From an uncultured Thermococci archaeon (GTDB taxonomy: Archaea > Methanobacteriota_B > Thermococci > Thermococcales > Thermococcaceae), in the NCBI GenBank assembly GCA_964487115.1, contig CAZAPD010000030.1:1-44124 (forward strand): DNA of 44,124 nt. Reading direction: 5' to 3'. The position numbers were made by a program, and so were the translations under genes. Of the stretch, positions 1 through 8,880 are shown one piece after another; the first letter of the stretch is position 1, and the number at the start of each line of letters is the position of its first letter. The notes under the pieces are model-generated. The model did not search any database and was not told the DNA's origin. It saw only the letters and a list, made by a program, of their open reading frames with translations.

Positions 1-515
1 TCAAGGCAGTTTGTGGAGTCCAAATACTCTCCTTTCTTTTTGTCCCAGTGGGAGTGATAGAACCACTCTGCAGCTTTGCAGTATTCAAAAATCTCATCTT
101 CATTGAAATACAGGTTTATTTCCCTTTCAGCGCTTTCAGGGGAATCAGAAGCATGTATTACGTTGTAGATTGCATCTCCGACATCCAGACCGTAATCGCC
201 TCTGATTGTCCCGGGTTCAGCATCCTTGGGATCTGTGGCTCCTGCCATCTTTCTGACGACGCTTATGGCGTATCTGCCCTCAACTACCATAACAACGCTT
301 GGAGCTTTGGTTATATAGTCTATCAGAGGTTCAAAGAAGTGCTTTCCTTTGTGTTCAGCATAGTGCTTCTCGGCAAGCTCTCTATCAATGTGTATCATCT
401 TCATTCCAACGATTTTAAGTCCTCTTTTCTCTAAACGGGCTGTTATTTCGCCTATTAAACCCCTGACAACAGCATCGGGTTTTATAATGACCAGAGTCCT
501 TTCAATCGTATTCAT
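1..515 (-). CDS. ndk: Nucleoside diphosphate kinase (3' end runs off the window)
   Basis: Not in the ORF track. Manual translation from ATG at 515: [40 protein letters not shown]...[17 protein letters not shown] (NDK phospho-His motif HASDS). No in-frame stop before position 1. Confidence 0.96.
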   Translation of the reverse strand, partial: MNTIERTLVIIKPDAVVRGLIGEITARLEKRGLKIVGMKMIHIDRELAEKHYAEHKGKHFFEPLIDYITKAPSVVMVVEGRYAISVVRKMAGATDPKDAEPGTIRGDYGLDVGDAIYNVIHASDSPESAEREINLYFNEDEIFEYCKAAEWFYHSHWDKKKGEYLDSTNCL

Positions 516-625
516 GGCTAACACCAAAAATAGTTTGACATCGGGTTAATAGATTTTTGGGTAAAGGCTTGATAACGGGGAAGGTTGGAAAAATCTAAAA
601 CCATGCTTTTATAACATCGGGAGAC

Positions 626-677
626 TGACCTCCTCCCTCCCGCCCTGAAGGGCGAGGCTTGAAAAAAAGAAAAGTCA
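626..677. mobile_element. Short non-autonomous IS200/IS605-end-like palindromic element
   Basis: TGAC-CTCCTCCCTCC-CGCCCT-GA-AGGGCG-AGGCTTG-A-rich-GTCA: GC-rich hairpin (641-654) in an AT-rich spacer, bounded by TGAC/GTCA. Resembles IS200/IS605 subterminal hairpins. No transposase in the window. Confidence 0.6.
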
Positions 678-803
678 TTATCCCGTAAAACAAAATCGTA
701 TGTGGAAAATATCTGCTACACTTTCAAAAATACTCAGCATCAACAGCCAGCTACAAACATACAAATCATGGTTTGCACAAGAAAATGATAAAGAAGTGAA
801 AAT

Positions 804-1010
804 TCACTTTTTCCTCTTGGCCCTCTGGAGCCTTGCCTCTTGGAAGGCCTTTGTCCATTTGAGCTTTCTTGGATTACGTCCCATGAAGTAGAGCTTTTCA
901 CACTTTCCTGAGCAGAAAAAGAGCACTCTGCCATCATTCCTGACGTACATCTTGCCAGTTCCCGGCTCGAACTCTTTTCCGCAGTATGAACAGACATTCC
1001 ACCTTGCCAT
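804..1010 (-). CDS. rpl24e: 50S ribosomal protein L24e
   Basis: [39 protein letters not shown]...RNPRKLKWT (zinc-binding L24e). GGTGA RBS before ATG 1010. Confidence 0.98.
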   Translation of the reverse strand: MARWNVCSYCGKEFEPGTGKMYVRNDGRVLFFCSGKCEKLYFMGRNPRKLKWTKAFQEARLQRAKRKK

Positions 1011-1015
1011 TGCTA

Positions 1016-1231
1016 TCACCTTCTTGACCTGATTTCTCTTGCCTCTCTTTCTGTCTCTCTGAGGATAACTATGTCGCCAACCCTCACTGGTCCTTTAACG
1101 TTCCTCCTGATAACTCTGCCTTTATCCCTGCCTTCAAGGACGCGCACTTTAACCTGTGTCACGCCGCCAGTAACTCCTGTTCTCGCGACGATTTCTATAA
1201 CCTCAGCTGGATATCCCTCATCTTCAGCCAT
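1016..1231 (-). CDS. rps28e: 30S ribosomal protein S28e
   Basis: [58 protein letters not shown]; conserved rpl7ae-rps28e-rpl24e-ndk order. Confidence 0.98.
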   Translation of the reverse strand: MAEDEGYPAEVIEIVARTGVTGGVTQVKVRVLEGRDKGRVIRRNVKGPVRVGDIVILRETEREAREIRSRR

Positions 1232-1279
1232 TCCTCACACCTCTCAATAATCTCACTAATAAGGATTAAAGGTAAGTGC

Positions 1280-1651
1280 TCACTTCATGAGCTCCCTAAC
1301 CTTCATAGCGATTTCCTCAACGAGCTCCCTGCCCTTACCAGGCTCAAGGATTGCAACACTGGCTGATGGAACTTCAATACCAGCAGCAGCACCGAGCTCC
1401 TTCTTGCTCGGGACGTAAATATATGGTATCTCCTTCTCCTCACAGAGCGGGGGAAGGTGAGCAACTATCTCCTCGGGGTCAACATCCTCAGCTATAATAA
1501 CGAGCTTTGCCTGACCCCTCTCAACGGCCTTTGTTGTTTCATTTGTTCCTTTCCTAATTCTTCCAGTATCCCGGGCAATCTCAACAGCTTCAAGAGCTTT
1601 CTCAGCAAGCTCTTCCGGAACCTCAAACTTGACGTAGCTTGGTTTTGCCAT
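1280..1651 (-). CDS. rpl7ae: 50S ribosomal protein L7Ae (K-turn binding protein)
   Basis: [12 protein letters not shown]...[46 protein letters not shown]. Start at 1651 after GGAGGG RBS. Confidence 0.98.
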   Translation of the reverse strand: MAKPSYVKFEVPEELAEKALEAVEIARDTGRIRKGTNETTKAVERGQAKLVIIAEDVDPEEIVAHLPPLCEEKEIPYIYVPSKKELGAAAGIEVPSASVAILEPGKGRELVEEIAMKVRELMK

Positions 1652-1720
1652 TTCACATCCCTCCGAAACCTCATCGTTCATCGAGTTTTGACGGGTTCAA
1701 TTTCATTGGGATATTTAAAA
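1650..1720 (-). promoter_or_regulatory. rpl7ae promoter (TTTAAATA, ~1712-1719) and 5' leader with candidate K-turn/K-loop
   Basis: Leader (minus strand) ATTGAACCCGTCAAAACTCGATGAACGATGAGGTTTCGGAGGGATGTGAAATG contains tandem-GA elements next to the RBS and start codon. Confidence 0.55.
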
Positions 1721-1976
1721 GGCTTTCGTTATCTCGTGGATGCAGCTGCTGTTGGATAGCTCTACCTGGGAGATATCTGTGGACAGCTATGTGGTTTGGA
1801 GAAGATGTCCATTTTTATTTACTTCTTTACTCAAGTGGTTAATATGATCACTGAAAATGCAGTTGGAAAGTAAAAATTCACAAAAAAAGCGTAATAAATT
1901 ACAAATAGTAAAAGGAAAAAATTTATAAATTTTGAAATCAGAATTGGCATTGCGTTATTTAGTAGGAGGTGCATGC

Positions 1977-3314
1977 ATGGGAAGGAAGTTGGCTTTTGTG
2001 TTTTTATCAGTGCTTTTGGCAATAGGATACATCCAAGCGGCTCCCCTTGGTGGGGCTAAGTTGAGCCTTGTTGATGCGAACGGAAAACCCTTAACCGACT
2101 ATGGGAAGGTTTATTACACAGTGTGGACTTTTGATGAGAATGGGGACATAAAAGTCCTGAGTAGGGGAAGCTTAGAGAAGCGTTTCATCTTTTCTAACAA
2201 TGTAGTTAAACTCTCATCCTCAAATTTTGAAATGGCGAAAGAAATCGCCAGAAAGAAGGCATCTAAAACAGCTTTTATTGGCGTTGACGTGTGGGTGGTT
2301 AAGAATGGAAAACTCTACACGCTCCCCCCAGAAAGCTTTGAAACAGGATTAACTGAAAATACTCTCGCAAAGACTTTTAAACTCAAAATAAACCTCAAAG
2401 AAGCGAGGGTTAAAGAGGTGGGAAAACTGGGAACCAAGATTATTCAGCCCATGGCGCATGACGTGTATTACATTTGGGAAACTGTAAAGCAAAAATCATA
2501 CACGAACGTGAGGATTCCCCTTCTGATAATACATAACAAAGCTGGAAGTGAAGTTTTCGGAACTGCTGACATTGCGGTGCAGATTCAAAAATACTGGGGG
2601 CCTGACGTTACAGTAGCGTTTGGTGATCAAATCTCCAAGAAAGTAAGATTCGATCCAAGCTCCATAACCGTCAAAGTCCTTAGCAGGTCAATAACAGACT
2701 ACTACGCTGGGGGGCATCATATTACTGTGCCTCCGTATTCATGGGGTTATGTATGGGTAAAGGGCACAGTCCATTATATTTATCAGAAAGAGTACATTTG
2801 TACAGCATGGTGCTACCCTACAGGAAACGAAAGATACTTCGCAAAAATCGATGACTTCACCATAAAGGAGACAATAAATGGCATTAAAAACATTGAAAGT
2901 GGTTCAATCCTTGGGAGGCCTCCTTACAATTTTCCGGACGAATGGATGAAAAAATCAACAGGCATCACTCGTAGAATCGGACAAGATGTTTATGTAGAAA
3001 ACTTCTACGGAACCATCTATGCCGGGAGTGATGGGCGTAGTTTTGGTGTTGGGGTTCCCGTTGGTGCAATGCTTGAATACTTCGCTGGTGATGCTCTTCC
3101 TGGCTGGTTTAATACACTCACCGTGGGATTCAGCACGGGTGATTACGCAAGTTACGTAATGCTGGGACACTTAACAAACGATGGGCCTCAGAGCACTGTA
3201 ACCTTCTATGCCATGGAGAGCAAGTACAAGGTCAGAATACCGGTGCATCACTGGTACGGCACCACATACGAGAACATAAACGTGCCAGTTGGCCTCTACG
3301 TTGAGGTTTCTTAG
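1977..3314 (+). CDS. Secreted hypothetical protein (~445 aa), beta-rich
   Basis: GGAGGT RBS at 1965-1970; TTTATAAA box at 1922-1929; signal peptide MGRKLAFVFLSVLLAIGYIQA; no C-terminal TM anchor; no family recognised. Confidence 0.85.
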   Translation: MGRKLAFVFLSVLLAIGYIQAAPLGGAKLSLVDANGKPLTDYGKVYYTVWTFDENGDIKVLSRGSLEKRFIFSNNVVKLSSSNFEMAKEIARKKASKTAFIGVDVWVVKNGKLYTLPPESFETGLTENTLAKTFKLKINLKEARVKEVGKLGTKIIQPMAHDVYYIWETVKQKSYTNVRIPLLIIHNKAGSEVFGTADIAVQIQKYWGPDVTVAFGDQISKKVRFDPSSITVKVLSRSITDYYAGGHHITVPPYSWGYVWVKGTVHYIYQKEYICTAWCYPTGNERYFAKIDDFTIKETINGIKNIESGSILGRPPYNFPDEWMKKSTGITRRIGQDVYVENFYGTIYAGSDGRSFGVGVPVGAMLEYFAGDALPGWFNTLTVGFSTGDYASYVMLGHLTNDGPQSTVTFYAMESKYKVRIPVHHWYGTTYENINVPVGLYVEVS

Positions 3315-3442
3315 TTGTATTGGGGTGCCTGTGCTATGGGTTAGCCCCTCATCGAGCAATATCTTCATTACGGTTTGTATGGAGCTCAATAACAGTAAAA
3401 GGAAGCCCCTATTTCTTGTGACAGGAAATCCTCCCCAAGAAA

Positions 3443-4045
3443 TCATTCTCTGTATCCTCTGTAGATTTTAAGGTTTCTGCTTGCCCTCGCTCTTATTGGT
3501 CTGCCCATGAGTCGGATGATTTCGTCAGCTTTTGCCTTGCCATGCCTGAGCATCTTTCTCTCCGTTTTTATCTTCTCAACTTTAAAGGTATAGCCGCCAA
3601 CCTCAAGAACTTCACCAACGACAAATTCCTCATCTCTTGGCACTTTCACCTTGAAAGACTGAGTTACGCCTCCGGGTAGATATATCGAAACTCCTATAAT
3701 CCGGGGATATGTTAGGCTCTCACCCCAGAGAGTCTGTATCTCCCCGATTCTTCCTCTCTCAACTCTCTTGTTTCCTTCAAGCTCAATACCAGTGATTCGA
3801 ACTTCATCTCCTTCAATCTCCACTATATCACCAATGGCTATCTCTTCCCCTTCAGGAAGCTCTGCTTCGCCTTTAAAGCTTCTTTCATGCTTGCTGATTA
3901 TGAGCGGGACTTTAACGAGCTTTGGTAATGTTACATGCCATACATTACCGCATTCATTGCACCTCAGCGTTATTTCTCTCCCCCTCTCTCTGACAACTTC
4001 AACATCCTCGCTTCCGCATTCAGGACAGATAAAATACTCTTCCAT
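3443..4045 (-). CDS. Conserved archaeal Zn-finger protein (HVO_0476-like)
   Basis: MEEYFICPECGSEDVEV...LRCNECGNVW (CxxC..CxxC) followed by two similar beta domains (GEEIAIGD / DEEFVVGE); GGTGA RBS. Confidence 0.85.
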   Translation of the reverse strand: MEEYFICPECGSEDVEVVRERGREITLRCNECGNVWHVTLPKLVKVPLIISKHERSFKGEAELPEGEEIAIGDIVEIEGDEVRITGIELEGNKRVERGRIGEIQTLWGESLTYPRIIGVSIYLPGGVTQSFKVKVPRDEEFVVGEVLEVGGYTFKVEKIKTERKMLRHGKAKADEIIRLMGRPIRARASRNLKIYRGYRE

Positions 4046-4086
4046 TTTTCTCACCTTTTGATGCTTTTCTCAGTCGCTTTATAAAG

Positions 4087-5040
4087 CTACCTTTCTCTGA
4101 GTTGAATTCTGTAGCTCCTGCCTTCGCGTATCCTCTCTATGAGGCCTTTTTCTTCCATTTCCCTGAGAAGGATGCTTATTTTTGCCTTCGAAACACCCAG
4201 ACGCTTAACGAGCTCGCTCTGGAGAATTGGTCCCTCTTTCAGGATTTCCACAACTCTTTCCTCATCGCTCTTTAGTATTTCTCTTTTTATTGATTTTCGT
4301 TCTTTATGCTCCTTATACAGGATTCCCCCGAAGAATCCACCAACAAATGCTGAAATGAATATTACAACCATCCACAAAGGAGATGTTTTCTTTGGGGGTT
4401 GGATTTCCTCAGAAAACCCAACTATAAAGTAGAACTCATCTCCTGCGTTTACCTGTATCTTCTTCCATTCCAAAACCATTCTATTGGCTGAGCTCTCAAC
4501 TTTATTTGGAGATGGTATAATGGGAGATAACACTGCATAGCCTCTGGGTACAAATAGACGAACATAAAAAACGCCCACAGGTTGATTGAAGCGCACATAA
4601 TATGCAAACTGCTGTTTCCCATTCACTTCTTGTACTATACCACTCGTTAGAAAGCTTATACGTATTTTTATCTGGTCCCCCTTAGTTACCTCTGGGAAGG
4701 TAACATAAACTGCTGTTATTCCCCCTGTTATCTTTTCTGCTGTCACATTGCTGGTTAATGTATTTCCGTTTATATCTACAATTGCATCTAAATTGTTAAC
4801 GGGGTATTCTGTATAGAAAACATACCTGTTGAATGGTTGATTTGCTGTCAGTACTACCTCAATAGTCTCCTTGATTGAATTTTCGTTTAATATATCAAAA
4901 TACAGGGAATAGCTTTCAATATTATATTCGTACTCATTCTGGGAGCTCACCAGAGGTATTAAGAAGACTGAAAATAAGATTCCGATTATAATTATAACTG
5001 ACTTCCTTCTTCCGGATTTTTTATTTTTAACAGAGGACAT
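4087..5040 (-). CDS. Membrane-anchored helix-turn-helix protein (COG2512-like)
   Basis: N-terminal hydrophobic segment, extracellular beta domain, TM helix (LWMVVIFISAFVGGFFGGILY), C-terminal wHTH (GPILQSELVKRLGVSKAKISILLREMEEKGLIER). Start uncertain (5040 ATG or 5052 GTG). Confidence 0.82.
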   Translation of the reverse strand: MSSVKNKKSGRRKSVIIIIGILFSVFLIPLVSSQNEYEYNIESYSLYFDILNENSIKETIEVVLTANQPFNRYVFYTEYPVNNLDAIVDINGNTLTSNVTAEKITGGITAVYVTFPEVTKGDQIKIRISFLTSGIVQEVNGKQQFAYYVRFNQPVGVFYVRLFVPRGYAVLSPIIPSPNKVESSANRMVLEWKKIQVNAGDEFYFIVGFSEEIQPPKKTSPLWMVVIFISAFVGGFFGGILYKEHKERKSIKREILKSDEERVVEILKEGPILQSELVKRLGVSKAKISILLREMEEKGLIERIREGRSYRIQLRER

Positions 5041-6878
5041 ACGTCCATACACTCCTTACAGTGGATGCATCTAATAGGATCGACAACTATCTTCCTGCTT
5101 TTTGGGTTTATGATAATAGCCTCTTCTGGACACCTGCCAACACAGACCCCACAACCAACGCATTCATATGCTCGTTTTACCAGATAATACGCTTGAATTG
5201 CCTCACTGGCGTTCTCACTGTAAATTGCATCCTTCATGAATTTTACATTATCAGCTTTTATGTAGTTTTCGCCTATTTCTATTTCTCCCAATATTGGGAC
5301 GACTTCCTTTATGCGTTTCAGGTTTATGAGGGTATTAAGGTGTATAACAAAAACCCCGTTCTCCTCATTTAACAGATACTGCAGTGGCTCCCATATCCTA
5401 TTTTCAGGAATTTCAACATGAAGTTTTTCTGCCAGAGCTTTTTGTCCTTTAGTTGTTTTTTTCCATCGCCAGAATCCGTGGGTTATCCATTCTTCTGGTA
5501 AATTAAAGCGCTTTCTCCAGAGTTCAAGTTCTTTTTCCCATTTGTTCCATAATTCAGGTTTTTCCTCTTTTAGAGTATATATCTCTGCCAGAGAAGAGCT
5601 TGGACAGAGAAAGCAGCCTATTCTATCCAAACGTTCTTTATAGAGGGGGTTATAATTCAATTTACGAAGAAAAATGTATAACCATACCTCCAGAGCATTC
5701 CAGTGAAAAATAGGTGAAGCCCCTATTTCATTTGGTACCCATGGGTTTTTCCAGATCCTTGGTTGTTTGTATCTGCTTATGCTCTCATACTTTCTTTGCC
5801 CTACAAACATTAATACTCCCATGGGATAGTGCTTTCTGATGGACAATGTTATGGGTCCGAGCTTTGTGACTTTACAGCACCAGCGATAGTCCCTTCCTGG
5901 AGGAGAGAAAACATTTATTGCCCTCCAGAAAGCATCTCCAGCGTCAGCTATTATAAACTTGATATTTCTGTCCATAAGTTCCTTTTTAATGTTCTCAACA
6001 TATTCAATGGTTTCGGGAAATTCTATACCTGTGTTGTTAAAGAACACTGAAAAATTTTCCCCAAATTCTTCCAGTGCTAACCCTAAGACTGCTAAACTGT
6101 CTTTTCCTCCGGAGAAAGCAACTGCCACCGGCTTTTTTATTCTGTTAGCAGTATTCCTCATGAACCTTCGGGCCTCTTTAATCTTCTTTTCCAATGCAGA
6201 ACGATTTGCTTCTATGACATCCGCTATTTTTGCCTTTTTGCCTTCCCGATAGTGGGTGTTTTTTTGTCTTCTGGTTTTTATACCCGTGCCTCTCTCCCCA
6301 GATACAAGCCCTTCATAGTTTTTCTTGGCTATTCCAGTTGCTATGACTTCTCCTTTGGAGGATAGAACTATGACGTCATCCCCAGACTTTATAGACAACT
6401 CAGCATCGAGAATACCAACTGGAAGGACATTTGCACCTTTTTTTACCGATTCAACGGCACCGTCGTCGATTATTACCCATTTTTTCATTTTTTTGCCAAA
6501 ATGTTTCCAAAGAGAAATCGCCCCTTCAATTTTTAATCCTGGCTTCCATCTGAGTGTTATCGGATCAAAACGAAGCCAGCCAAAAATATATCCATCTATG
6601 ATAATTTCATAAACATCGTCCTCTCCCGGGGTTTTGTTGAGTAGAACTATTTTATCCTTTAAAATTTTGTGAATGTCAACTCCATAATGTCTTTCGAATT
6701 CTTGCTCTATAAATCTCAAGTCCTTTTCAAAAGCAAATCTAATATCGGCTGGAGGTGTAAGATTAAGCTTAAACACGCTTTTATGCCCATGAATATCACA
6801 TTTATCACTTATTAGAGGTACATTACACTCCTCACACCAGTATATGTGGGCCTTACCCAAAAACACAGGCCTTCCCAT
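4992..6878 (-). CDS. PAPS-reductase-family protein with PUA domain and C-terminal 2x[4Fe-4S] ferredoxin
   Basis: N-terminal CEEC..CDIH; PUA-like VIIDDGAVESVKKGANVLPVGI...GDDVIV...VIATG; PP-loop FSGGKDS; WCCKVTK and RIGCFLCP; CVGCGVCVGRCP and CIHCKECMDVCP. Confidence 0.9.
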   Translation of the reverse strand: MGRPVFLGKAHIYWCEECNVPLISDKCDIHGHKSVFKLNLTPPADIRFAFEKDLRFIEQEFERHYGVDIHKILKDKIVLLNKTPGEDDVYEIIIDGYIFGWLRFDPITLRWKPGLKIEGAISLWKHFGKKMKKWVIIDDGAVESVKKGANVLPVGILDAELSIKSGDDVIVLSSKGEVIATGIAKKNYEGLVSGERGTGIKTRRQKNTHYREGKKAKIADVIEANRSALEKKIKEARRFMRNTANRIKKPVAVAFSGGKDSLAVLGLALEEFGENFSVFFNNTGIEFPETIEYVENIKKELMDRNIKFIIADAGDAFWRAINVFSPPGRDYRWCCKVTKLGPITLSIRKHYPMGVLMFVGQRKYESISRYKQPRIWKNPWVPNEIGASPIFHWNALEVWLYIFLRKLNYNPLYKERLDRIGCFLCPSSSLAEIYTLKEEKPELWNKWEKELELWRKRFNLPEEWITHGFWRWKKTTKGQKALAEKLHVEIPENRIWEPLQYLLNEENGVFVIHLNTLINLKRIKEVVPILGEIEIGENYIKADNVKFMKDAIYSENASEAIQAYYLVKRAYECVGCGVCVGRCPEEAIIINPKSRKIVVDPIRCIHCKECMDVCPLLKIKNPEEGSQL

Positions 6879-6927
6879 ATGTTTCACCTAAAATGAAAGA
6901 TAAGTAGGTGGTTTATAACAGTTGGGT

Positions 6928-8880
6928 TTATCTTTCCTCAAGCTTCGCAGCGATGAAGGCCACCAACAATATAAAGAGAATACCCCCGGCAAATGCCCCG
7001 CCAAAGTAGAGTATTTTCTGCTTGAGTGTCATGCTTTCTGCAACTTCCACCGTGGCATTCTGGGGAACTGGAACTTTTATAATCTGGGTAACTACCTTGG
7101 GCTGGCATGTTGTATTTTCAGTTTCAGTTTCTGTATTATTTTGTACAGGAACTGTACTCACGTTATTTTCGGTTGTCAGTTTAGAGATGGCTATAACCGT
7201 AGAATTCTGAAAGAGTTTATTGTTAACATTGACCACCCCAATAATCTCGTATTTACCTGCTTTTAATGGTATTAACGAAAGATGATATATCCTCGTCTGA
7301 TTTGGATTGATTGAATCCCTCAGCTGAAGCCATTTTCCGTACATTGTAAGGTTTTTACCAATTACTCCAAATCCAGGAGGGATTGCAATCGTTAGATCAA
7401 ACGGAATGTTTGAATTGCCCATATTGGTTACGCTTATATTCAGGGGTATGCTTTCACCAATCTTTCCATCTTTGCTGGAGAGCTTTATACCATACCTGAG
7501 TATTGCTCTTTGAACGAATATCTTTTTTATTTCTGAAGAAAATTCCACACTTTCCAACCCGTAACATGAGAGGGGATAGGGGGCATGAGCTGAGACTTTG
7601 ATATTTCCAATGGTGAGGTTGCCGGATGTTTTTGGTTTAAGCAATAATGGAAATTCGATTTTCTGACCTCTCTTAATTACAGGAATATACTTGGGGTACC
7701 CTCCAAGTATCTCAAAATCCTTTGAAATATTTGGCAGTATCTCTATATACTTCAAATCACTCTTCCCAGTGTTTTTTAGTACAACATAGGCTTTAAACGG
7801 TACATACTGTTCAGCATTCTGGGGCGTCTTGAAGGAGACATTGAGAAACGCGGTATTCTGAATTTTAGGGATTTTCTCTTCATCCAGCATTGCTACAAGT
7901 CTAACTTGCATTTCATTTTCTCGTTCTCTCGTTTCCAAAGCTCCTATTGACAAACCTCCATAAGAAAACATGTAAGTTAGATTACCGATGGTAATCAGAG
8001 CAGTTTTTAGTGGCATTCCACATGAATTTTGGATTGAAATATAGGCTTTATTTCCAAAGATATTCTCTACCTTTATAACATATGGGCCGAGCCTGGTGGT
8101 TTTACCTTCACTAATCCATCCATCGAAGTAGGGCAGTATCTTTACGTTGATATATGCACCAATTAGCCTTATTTTTGTTCTTAAATATTCTGAGCCTATT
8201 AGGTCTTTAACTTCAATTTCCAGACCTTCTGCCTCGATAGTTTTCCCGATTTCACTGAAATACTCCTTTTGATTTACCTTTAACCGGACTATTTCGATTA
8301 GATTTCCATTTTCATTGGTTACATTGTATCCCTCAAAGGTTATGTTCCATTCCCCAATCCTTTCTGTTTGTCCTCTGTATAAATAACCATCAAATAAAGT
8401 CGGCATTAGGCCTAATGAAACTCTCAGATTTTCAAAGTTTATTGTCCTTCCCCTATACGTTATTTCCTTTGTTGAGTTTCCATAACTTAGCTGTAAAACT
8501 GCAGTTCCGGGTGAGACTGATTTTAAAAGTATCTTATATTTATCAAAAGTTATGTTTTCTCCCTGAAGCAAATATGGAAACTGGAGATATATGTTCGAAT
8601 AACTTGGATTGTTGATCATGATGGAATTAACAGTGAGATTGTATTCCCCTGCTTTTAATGTATAACCCATTGGAATTGTTGTCATAATGTTGAGTCCTCC
8701 ACCTTCCAGAGTCAGAAACATAGATCTATCTTGGATAGAAATATCGTCAATTGATATTCTAACTTCCCCTATGCTGATATCCCCAGGTACCTGAACCCAT
8801 CCCTGAATAGAAGAAGTCGCAAGTGCTTTGGGGGATATTAAAAGTATGAGTGCTATGAACAATACCATTCTTTTCTTCAT
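6928..8880 (-). CDS. Membrane-anchored cell-surface protein (S-layer-domain/COG1361-like Ig folds)
   Basis: Signal peptide MKKRMVLFIALILLISPKALA; Ig-like motifs (VVLKNTGKSDL, ISVTNMGNSN); Thr/Asn-rich linker; C-terminal TM helix; ATGA overlap with the arlJ stop. Confidence 0.8.
   Translation of the reverse strand: MKKRMVLFIALILLISPKALATSSIQGWVQVPGDISIGEVRISIDDISIQDRSMFLTLEGGGLNIMTTIPMGYTLKAGEYNLTVNSIMINNPSYSNIYLQFPYLLQGENITFDKYKILLKSVSPGTAVLQLSYGNSTKEITYRGRTINFENLRVSLGLMPTLFDGYLYRGQTERIGEWNITFEGYNVTNENGNLIEIVRLKVNQKEYFSEIGKTIEAEGLEIEVKDLIGSEYLRTKIRLIGAYINVKILPYFDGWISEGKTTRLGPYVIKVENIFGNKAYISIQNSCGMPLKTALITIGNLTYMFSYGGLSIGALETRERENEMQVRLVAMLDEEKIPKIQNTAFLNVSFKTPQNAEQYVPFKAYVVLKNTGKSDLKYIEILPNISKDFEILGGYPKYIPVIKRGQKIEFPLLLKPKTSGNLTIGNIKVSAHAPYPLSCYGLESVEFSSEIKKIFVQRAILRYGIKLSSKDGKIGESIPLNISVTNMGNSNIPFDLTIAIPPGFGVIGKNLTMYGKWLQLRDSINPNQTRIYHLSLIPLKAGKYEIIGVVNVNNKLFQNSTVIAISKLTTENNVSTVPVQNNTETETENTTCQPKVVTQIIKVPVPQNATVEVAESMTLKQKILYFGGAFAGGILFILLVAFIAAKLEER

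Noticed and set aside
48..434. 128-aa plus-strand ORF
   Set aside because: Antisense shadow of ndk, which the ORF track missed because its stop lies outside the window.
1746..1790. Possible hairpin GCTGT...ACAGC between rpl7ae and the secreted-protein gene
   Set aside because: Needs several G-U pairs and bulges; too weak to claim for a hyperthermophile without covariation data.
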